From positions 900,001 through 932,000 of the forward strand of contig OZ007020.1 in the NCBI GenBank assembly GCA_963931495.1: a stretch of 32,000 bases of DNA, given 5' to 3'. The stretch's first letter is position 1. Each line of letters starts with the position of its first letter. The notes under the pieces are model-generated. The model made no database searches. It saw only the letters and a program-made list of their open reading frames with translations, and was not told where the DNA came from. Shown here one piece after another: positions 26,358 through 32,000 of the stretch. Both the position numbers and the translations under genes were made by a program. Source of the stretch: an uncultured Alphaproteobacteria bacterium. GTDB lineage: Bacteria; Pseudomonadota; Alphaproteobacteria; Rs-D84.

Positions 26358-27052
26358 AAAAAATAAATAAACTATTTATACGTATATTTGCATGTTTTAT
26401 CCCAAATCGGCAATTACGCGATTTTGTACGTCTTTGTCGCTTTGGTCGGTATAAAATCACAGGCGAAAATAATGTAATAATGTTTGCAGGTCATAAATTG
26501 CCAAGATTTTTGAAAATATCGGGGCTGAAAATTATAATAAATGGTCAAAATAATCTGATAACGATTGGTAAAAATTCAAAATTTTCAAATTGTTACTTTA
26601 TGTTGACGCACGATGCCCAGAATGTAAATATTTCTGTTGGCGATAATTGTGAATTGGTTTCTTCAATCGTGCTGTGCGCATGGTCGCGCGATACAACAGT
26701 ACATATTGGAAACAAATGTCATTTTTATGGCGCGCATATTTATGCCGGCGGTAATGACATACATGTGCATATTGGTAACGATGTCTTGATGGCAAATCCT
26801 GTATACATATGGGGTGGCGACGGTCATGCCGTCATAGATCGTGATACAAACATGGTTATTAATTGCAGTAAAAAGCCGCTGGTTATTTCAGATCATGTTT
26901 GGCTGGGCCAAGGTTCACGCGTTTTGAAAAATGGTAATTTACCGCCAAATACCGTTGTCGCCGCAGACGCGGTTGTCACAAAAACTTTTACCGAAGAATT
27001 TACTATACTGGCGGGGAATCCGGCCAAGGTTATAAAAAGAAATGTTATGTGA
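26354..27052 (+). CDS. Hexapeptide-repeat (left-handed beta-helix) acyl/acetyltransferase
   Basis: The repeated I/V-G-x pattern (IGNKCHF, IGNDVLM, VWLGQGSRVLKNGNLPPNTVVAADAVV) is typical of sugar O-acetyltransferases. ATGA overlap with the upstream GT2. Confidence 0.7.
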   Translation: MKKINKLFIRIFACFIPNRQLRDFVRLCRFGRYKITGENNVIMFAGHKLPRFLKISGLKIIINGQNNLITIGKNSKFSNCYFMLTHDAQNVNISVGDNCELVSSIVLCAWSRDTTVHIGNKCHFYGAHIYAGGNDIHVHIGNDVLMANPVYIWGGDGHAVIDRDTNMVINCSKKPLVISDHVWLGQGSRVLKNGNLPPNTVVAADAVVTKTFTEEFTILAGNPAKVIKRNVM

Positions 27053-27099
27053 GACGAAGTATCCCCATATTGGAAAGACCGTGAATTAAGGGGCGATGT

Positions 27100-28023
27100 A
27101 TGATGGGCAAACCTGAAATATCTGTAATTATACCGATATATAATGCCGAACCGTATTTGTATCGGTGTTTACGGATGCTGCAACGTCAAACATTGCGTAA
27201 TATTGAAATTATTTGTGTTGACGATTGCAGTACTGATAAATCAATAAACATTGCACAAGATTTTGCCGCCCACGACCCCAGATTTCACGTGTTGACCACG
27301 CCACAAAACAGTGGCCAGTCCGCGGCGCGTAATATCGGACTGGCACACGCCACCGCTGATAATATAATGTTTTGTGATGCTGATGACTTTTATACCCGCA
27401 ACATGTGTAAAAAAATGTTTCGCGCAATTTCTGAACCTGGCGCAGATATGGCAATGTGTGGCATTCGTATTAAATACGAAGCCAACCGTGAAATGAAACG
27501 CAGTGACAGGTCGTATTATAAAATTCACTTTCGCGGACTGACACCGGTGTCCCGTAAAATATTTGATAAATGCGACCTGTCGCCATGTAATAAAATTTTC
27601 AAGCGTGAAATTTTAACCGCAAATAACATCTCTTTCCCATGCGGATTAAGATATGAAGATGCATATTTTTGTACTGTATATTTTATGTGTGCAAAAAACA
27701 TTTACTTTATAAAAAATAAATTATACACGTATATTCGTCATAAAACGTCTACGATGGCACAAACATTTGATACAACCGCGGATTTCGCCATAGATCACCT
27801 GAAAATCGCGATAAAGTTATATGAATATATGCAAGAACATAATTTATATGATAATAACAGCGACCTGTTTTGGGATATATTTATAAAATTCTTTTATTTT
27901 TCATCAAATTATGCCAAAAACAAACAGGCTGTTTACGATATGGCACGCGAATTTATCAATACAATAAACGTGCCCGTCCCACAAAATGTAATTGATGTAA
28001 TACAAACCCAACACAACAGCTAG
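27100..28023 (+). CDS. Family 2 glycosyltransferase
   Basis: ISVIIPIYNAEPYLYRCLRMLQRQTLRNIEIICVDDCSTDKS and a DADD motif. Confidence 0.85.
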   Translation: MMGKPEISVIIPIYNAEPYLYRCLRMLQRQTLRNIEIICVDDCSTDKSINIAQDFAAHDPRFHVLTTPQNSGQSAARNIGLAHATADNIMFCDADDFYTRNMCKKMFRAISEPGADMAMCGIRIKYEANREMKRSDRSYYKIHFRGLTPVSRKIFDKCDLSPCNKIFKREILTANNISFPCGLRYEDAYFCTVYFMCAKNIYFIKNKLYTYIRHKTSTMAQTFDTTADFAIDHLKIAIKLYEYMQEHNLYDNNSDLFWDIFIKFFYFSSNYAKNKQAVYDMAREFINTINVPVPQNVIDVIQTQHNS

Positions 28024-28098
28024 ACATGCCCCGCAAAACATCAAAGATTTATACCGACATTGTGCATATTTGAAGTTGATTGAATTGTTTTCAAACGT

Positions 28099-28851
28099 AT
28101 GATATTTGATATGAAAACTGGTCTTATAATATTTATCGGTGCAGTTATTGTGTTCGCTGCACTGCTGATATTACGTATGGGACAGCGCAATCAAAAATGG
28201 GAATGGGAAGAACACACAAAGCATAATAGGCAGTTAATAGAAAGCGTAACCCAAATGAATCGTGGAACATGGTCGGAACGCGATTTAATTCTGGAATTAT
28301 TAAAAAATGGTTTTAATTCTGGCGCATTATTTCATGACTTGTATTTGAAAAAGTATAATGGCCGATATACCCAAATAGATTTAATATTGGCAACCAAAGT
28401 CGGACTAATCGTGTTTGAAGTAAAGGATTACGGCGGTTGGATTTTTGGCAAAGGGAACCAAAATCAATGGACACAAGTTTTAGCATACGGTCGCGATAAA
28501 TACCGATTTTATAATCCTGTACAGCAAAACGCTGGTCATATCAAGGAACTGCGCAAACAGTCTGAGCAATTTGGAAAACTGCCTATGTTTTCCGTAATCG
28601 TGTTTTACGGTGATTGCAATTTGCGAGATATAAGTTTTATTCCAAACGGAACATACGTTACAACCGCACACAGGGTACTGGATGTTGTTTATACAATTAT
28701 CAACAATAATCCACCTGCAAATTATGCAGACAAGCACGAAGTTATCCGAATTTTGGCGAATGCAGTGCAAAATGGCGCAGATGCAGAATCACGCAAACAT
28801 CACGCAGAATCTGTCAAAGATATGCTGGGCAAAGCACGTGTGTTTGATTAA
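28099..28851 (+). CDS. NERD (nuclease-related domain) protein with an N-terminal TM helix
   Basis: QIDLILATKVGLIVFEVKDYGGWIFG..QNQWTQ is the NERD core pattern. Confidence 0.7.
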   Translation: MIFDMKTGLIIFIGAVIVFAALLILRMGQRNQKWEWEEHTKHNRQLIESVTQMNRGTWSERDLILELLKNGFNSGALFHDLYLKKYNGRYTQIDLILATKVGLIVFEVKDYGGWIFGKGNQNQWTQVLAYGRDKYRFYNPVQQNAGHIKELRKQSEQFGKLPMFSVIVFYGDCNLRDISFIPNGTYVTTAHRVLDVVYTIINNNPPANYADKHEVIRILANAVQNGADAESRKHHAESVKDMLGKARVFD

Positions 28852-29086
28852 AAGCATATCTGTACACCGTACATACTTTTATTGATTTTATATATAAAAT
28901 ATAAATTCGTGTTAACCGTACCAAAAAACAAGTGACTCAAACTAAAACAGCCAAAATATATCATTTGCAAGCAAATAATGACATCAAAACAGAGCACGAA
29001 GATATTTGAAGCCATTATTAAGGGTATATCTAATAAGATTACGGCATCTATATTAAAAAACGCACCATACGCAGAACAGATAAAAC

Positions 29087-30745
29087 CTAACGTTCATTGG
29101 ATGTATCACGGCCGGGAACGTTTTGCTGGGCGATTTCTTGCGACCTGTTTTTTACAAGCATTCTTGCACGCCATAAATCATAAGATTTCTGAAGGTGTTC
29201 GGGCCATGTATTTTTATCTGACCTTTTTATTTCGCGCACGCCCGATAAATCTGTATTACTTAGCATAACTTCTTTCGTACGATTAAAATCTAATACTGGT
29301 GGTAAATTTTTACAAAAACTTAGGTTAATCTTTTTGGTTGGACCTTTTATTTCGCGCACGCCCGATAAATCTGTATTACTTAGCACAACTTCTTTTGTGC
29401 CGCAAAAATCCAATACCGGTAGTAAAATTTTAGATCCGCTTAAGTCAATCTTTTCAGTTGGCAATTTTATTTCGCGAACATCAGATAAATTTGTAAAACT
29501 TAAAGTAACCTCTTTTGTATGACTAAAATCCAATACTGGTGGTAAATTTTTACATCCGCCTAAGTCAATCTTTTCAGTTGGCCATTTTATTTCGCGCGCA
29601 CCCGATAAATCAGTATAACTTAAATCAACAGCCCTTGTACCGCTAAAATCCAATTTCGGGTGCAAATTCATGTTCTTTGCCCCGGTAAGATCTAAATTTC
29701 CCGTGACTTTTATATTCAAATTTATGTCAGACAAATCCATGCCAGACAAGTCCAAATCACCACGCACAACAAAACCGTTTGGCAAATCGTATATTGAATA
29801 ATATTTTCCATCCTGTTTTATCAATCCGATGTTTTTCATATCGTGTTTGATTTCCAGTTTTTGTGCCCCTATAAAATGTTGAACCGCTGGGATATACCTT
29901 TGTATCGGTGTCCTATTCCCCTTGCCTTTGCATTGAAATACATTTTGACCACGAACTTCAAGCGTCGCATGTGGTTCACCGTTGCTGTCCCTGATTGAAT
30001 ATATTTTTACACTGCCGTTTGTTACATCTTTATCATATCCGCCACGGCCAACACAATGCCCCATATATTCGCTTTCAAAATCCAATGCCTGGGGCGTTAT
30101 TAATTGATATGCACGCATACCGTTCGGCAAATCCATAATAAACTGCGTTCCGGCAAGCGACGCTTTATACATCTGTTCATTTTTTTCTTTCTTGGCGGCC
30201 AATTCAGCCATACGTTCGTGCCACTTTTCCGCCTGGACCAACGTTTTTTCAAACGTGCTGTATTCATTGCTGGTCTTCAGATAATCTAAACGCACCTTGG
30301 GTAACTTCTTTTTATCTTTTTGTATATTTTCTTTTATCGCGATGACGGTCTTGTCAACATAACTTTCCGCCGCAGAATATAAAAAATCCCTTATTGTTGT
30401 TAAATCATGACGCATTTGATCCGTCACCTTGGCGGCATCAAACAAATATACTTTCTGGCCCGCGTCCAACGCCCCGGTCGCCCAATCAGGTAAATCCGCA
30501 CGCTTTGATACAGGTGTTAAAAATGGACGCTCTTCACTTTCTGTTAAATAAGCCCTGATTCTGTGCTTAATATACTGCGTCAAGATAGAACGAACGATGG
30601 TATCTTTATTTTGCTCTATATAATTTGCGTCTTTCATGTTTTCTTGGGATTGACCGTCCAAAATAATCGGCATGCCGCGTTCACCCCAAACAAGATTAAT
30701 CAGGTAATTATTAAGTTCTTTGTCATTTAACAAATTAACAGACAT
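29087..30745 (-). CDS. PcfJ-like domain protein with C-terminal 40-aa tandem pentapeptide/LRR-like repeats
   Basis: EYMGHCVGRGGYDKDVTNGSVKIYSIRDSNGEPHATLEVRGQNVFQCKGKGNRTP matches the PcfJ-like pattern. The C-terminus has four repeats of LDFxxTKEVxLSxTDLSGVREIKxPTEKIDLxxxKNLPPV. Start set to ATG 30745 (AGGGG SD). Confidence 0.6.
   Translation of the reverse strand: MSVNLLNDKELNNYLINLVWGERGMPIILDGQSQENMKDANYIEQNKDTIVRSILTQYIKHRIRAYLTESEERPFLTPVSKRADLPDWATGALDAGQKVYLFDAAKVTDQMRHDLTTIRDFLYSAAESYVDKTVIAIKENIQKDKKKLPKVRLDYLKTSNEYSTFEKTLVQAEKWHERMAELAAKKEKNEQMYKASLAGTQFIMDLPNGMRAYQLITPQALDFESEYMGHCVGRGGYDKDVTNGSVKIYSIRDSNGEPHATLEVRGQNVFQCKGKGNRTPIQRYIPAVQHFIGAQKLEIKHDMKNIGLIKQDGKYYSIYDLPNGFVVRGDLDLSGMDLSDINLNIKVTGNLDLTGAKNMNLHPKLDFSGTRAVDLSYTDLSGAREIKWPTEKIDLGGCKNLPPVLDFSHTKEVTLSFTNLSDVREIKLPTEKIDLSGSKILLPVLDFCGTKEVVLSNTDLSGVREIKGPTKKINLSFCKNLPPVLDFNRTKEVMLSNTDLSGVREIKRSDKNTWPEHLQKSYDLWRARMLVKNRSQEIAQQNVPGRDTSNER
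29221..29700. repeat. Four tandem 120-bp repeats inside the PcfJ-like gene
   Basis: Units begin at 29221, 29341, 29461 and 29581. The first two are nearly identical at nucleotide level. Confidence 0.85.
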
Positions 30746-30765
30746 AAAATACCCCTGTTGCCCGC

Positions 30766-30794
30766 ATTGTATCACAAGCACTGAAAAATAACAA
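30766..30794 (-). promoter_or_regulatory. Promoter TTGTTA-17 bp-(TGa)TACAAT for the PcfJ-like gene
   Basis: On the minus strand, ttgtta is at 30794-30789 and tacaat at 30771-30766, with a TGn extended -10. Confidence 0.45.
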
Positions 30795-30845
30795 GCGGCG
30801 CAACCGATATACCGATGACCACTTTTGGCAGCATTTGGAATACTT

Positions 30846-30864
30846 TGTGTGTGTGGGGGGGGGG
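30846..30864. repeat. Simple-sequence tract (TG)5 followed by G10
   Basis: tgtgtgtgtg then G10 at 30855-30864 (C10 on the gene strand), about 60 nt upstream of the predicted -35. Confidence 0.9.
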
Positions 30865-31200
30865 ATAAATCTCTATTCTCAAACGCAATAAAAATCACAC
30901 CCATGTGCGCGATTATTTTCTGGCAGGGTGATAAGATTTGACGGTATTAGATATGATAAATACAGGTATTTGCAGTGAATTTTTATCTTTTTGTGGTCTC
31001 TATTTTCGCCCGCCACACCACAGTTCCGACACTTTTGCAAAAAATCCCACAAAAATAACAGGGAGTTTGATTTTCCCAAAACAGGGATTCTTCCTCACCA
31101 TATCAGGCAATAAATTTACCACATTCATCCCACTATACGTGCGCAATGATAACAATTGATAGTTGATTATGGGTATATTTCCCGGAATAATTATGACAAT

Positions 31201-31626
31201 ATGTCAAAGATATTCACAATCGGTTTTAGTGGTAAAAGCCCAGACGCGTTTATGGATGTGTTGAATGCGGTTCGTGTGCGTGCTGTTTGGGACATACGAC
31301 TGTGGCGCGCCAGCGCGTACGTTCCGTTTTACAGTGGTGAAAATTTGGCCACAGTATTTGGCACGCGTTACGAATATCACCCCGAATTTGCCCCAACCAC
31401 AGAAATATTGGATGGATATAAAAACGGCCGCATCACTTGGGCTGATTATGAAAAAATGTATCGTGAATTGCTTGCCCTGCGCTGGCCGACGGTTGGGACA
31501 GAACCTGCCACCTTTGACCGCATTTGCCTGTTATGCACTGAAAAATCCGCACTGCAATGTCACCGCCGCTTGGCCGCTGAATATATTGCATCGCAATTTC
31601 CCGACACCGACATTGTGCATTTATAA
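31201..31626 (+). CDS. DUF488-family protein
   Basis: IFTIGFSGKS...VWDIRLWR...LLCTEKSALQCHRRLAAEYI follows the DUF488 pattern. Start set to ATG 31201. Confidence 0.72.
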   Translation: MSKIFTIGFSGKSPDAFMDVLNAVRVRAVWDIRLWRASAYVPFYSGENLATVFGTRYEYHPEFAPTTEILDGYKNGRITWADYEKMYRELLALRWPTVGTEPATFDRICLLCTEKSALQCHRRLAAEYIASQFPDTDIVHL

Positions 31627-31652
31627 AAAACGCCCCGTTGGGGCGTGATTTA
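31625..31652. terminator. Bidirectional intrinsic terminator (DUF488 gene on +, tRNA-Ser on -)
   Basis: acgcccc (31630-31636), loop gtt, ggggcgt (31640-31646), with an A6 run on the left and a T-rich run on the right. Confidence 0.7.
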
Positions 31653-31657
31653 TTTCC

Positions 31658-31747
31658 TGGCGGATGGGGAGGGATTCGAACCCCCGGTGGAGTTGCCCCC
31701 ACAACGGTTTTCAAGACCGTCGCAATCGACCGCTCTGCCACCCATCC
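31658..31747 (-). tRNA. tRNA-Ser (anticodon UGA), long variable arm, CCA encoded
   Basis: The reverse complement GGATGGGTGGCAGAGCGGTCGATTGCGACGGTCTTGAAAACCGTTGTGGGGGCAACTCCACCGGGGGTTCGAATCCCTCCCCATCCGCCA folds into a cloverleaf with a long extra arm. Confidence 0.92.
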
Positions 31748-31870
31748 TAAACTGTTTTACCGACGGTCTCTCAACCTACGGTTTTGTTCGCTTGGCGCAC
31801 CTGACGGTGCTGCCCACCACTCGTTCGCGCGCGGCAGTGATTTTGTTCGCTGGCTGCGCCATATTTTACA

Positions 31871-32000
31871 TTATTTTTTACGGAATGCAATCGCAAAAAT
31901 TATCACGCCAACGATAAACAGTACATATGACAACAATTGCCCCATGGTCAGCCAATTTGTACCAAACAAAAAGCCTAGCTGGACATCTGGGGCACGGAAC
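31871..32000 (-). CDS. lgt: Prolipoprotein diacylglyceryl transferase, 3' fragment (5' end outside the window)
   Basis: The translation FRAPDVQLGFLFGTNWLTMGQLLSYVLFIVGVIIFAIAFRKK* matches the Lgt C-terminal pattern (FFRxPDxQ...MGQxLS). The fragment is too short to appear in the ORF track. Confidence 0.7.
   Translation of the reverse strand, partial: FRAPDVQLGFLFGTNWLTMGQLLSYVLFIVGVIIFAIAFRKK

Noticed and set aside
30746-30904. Long N-terminal extension of the PcfJ-like ORF as the primary annotation
   Set aside because: ATG 30904 has no SD. A good promoter (30766-30794) and an AGGGG SD serve ATG 30745. It is retained only as an alternative because the frame stays open across the C10 tract.
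28000-31660. Integrated island with att repeats derived from tRNA-Ser
   Set aside because: I found no integrase gene, and by eye no copy of the tRNA-Ser 3' segment (..ggattcgaaccc..) elsewhere in the window. The island status therefore remains only an inference.

Overview
AT-rich chromosomal window from a diderm (Gram-negative-type) bacterium, judged from lgt, a Slam/DUF560 outer-membrane protein, a PagL-like lipid A deacylase and beta-barrel OMPs ending in F. Standard genetic code; both tRNAs encode CCA. Layout: (i) 1-1447, a non-coding array of 15 units of about 100 bp, each with the palindrome ATTCAACC-N3-GGTTGAAT. It runs off the left edge and is followed by a strong promoter, an intrinsic terminator and an orphan phage tail-fibre gene. 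(ii) A translationally coupled minus-strand operon: MenD-like ThDP enzyme, QueC-like PP-loop ATPase, SDR. (iii) A PAP2 phosphatase + PagL-like pair, then housekeeping genes (DHFR-like, tRNA-Lys, TatD, TcdA, DUF378). (iv) A long co-directional minus-strand block: MFS transporter, two unknown proteins, a TbpB-like surface lipoprotein, Slam, and a 961-aa very Cys-rich modular protein with eukaryote-like CxxC/GYY/PGTY repeats. (v) A 760-aa orphan protein, a small coiled-coil protein and a second small Cys-rich protein. (vi) ogt-tag, an OMP and a GT2/acetyltransferase/GT2 glycan operon. (vii) An accessory patch on the 3' side of tRNA-Ser (NERD, PcfJ-like protein with 120-bp tandem repeats, DUF488), then the 3' end of lgt. 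The best candidate for something undescribed is the palindrome-bearing array plus its promoter/terminator/tail-fibre context. Secondary candidates are the MenD-like/QueC-like/SDR operon and the Slam-linked Cys-rich protein. Several homopolymer tracts (A8/T8, T9, G10) sit at 5' ends or promoters of surface or accessory genes. Two of them break reading frames, which means either phase variation or homopolymer sequencing error. All family assignments come from motif recognition by eye; no searches were run.
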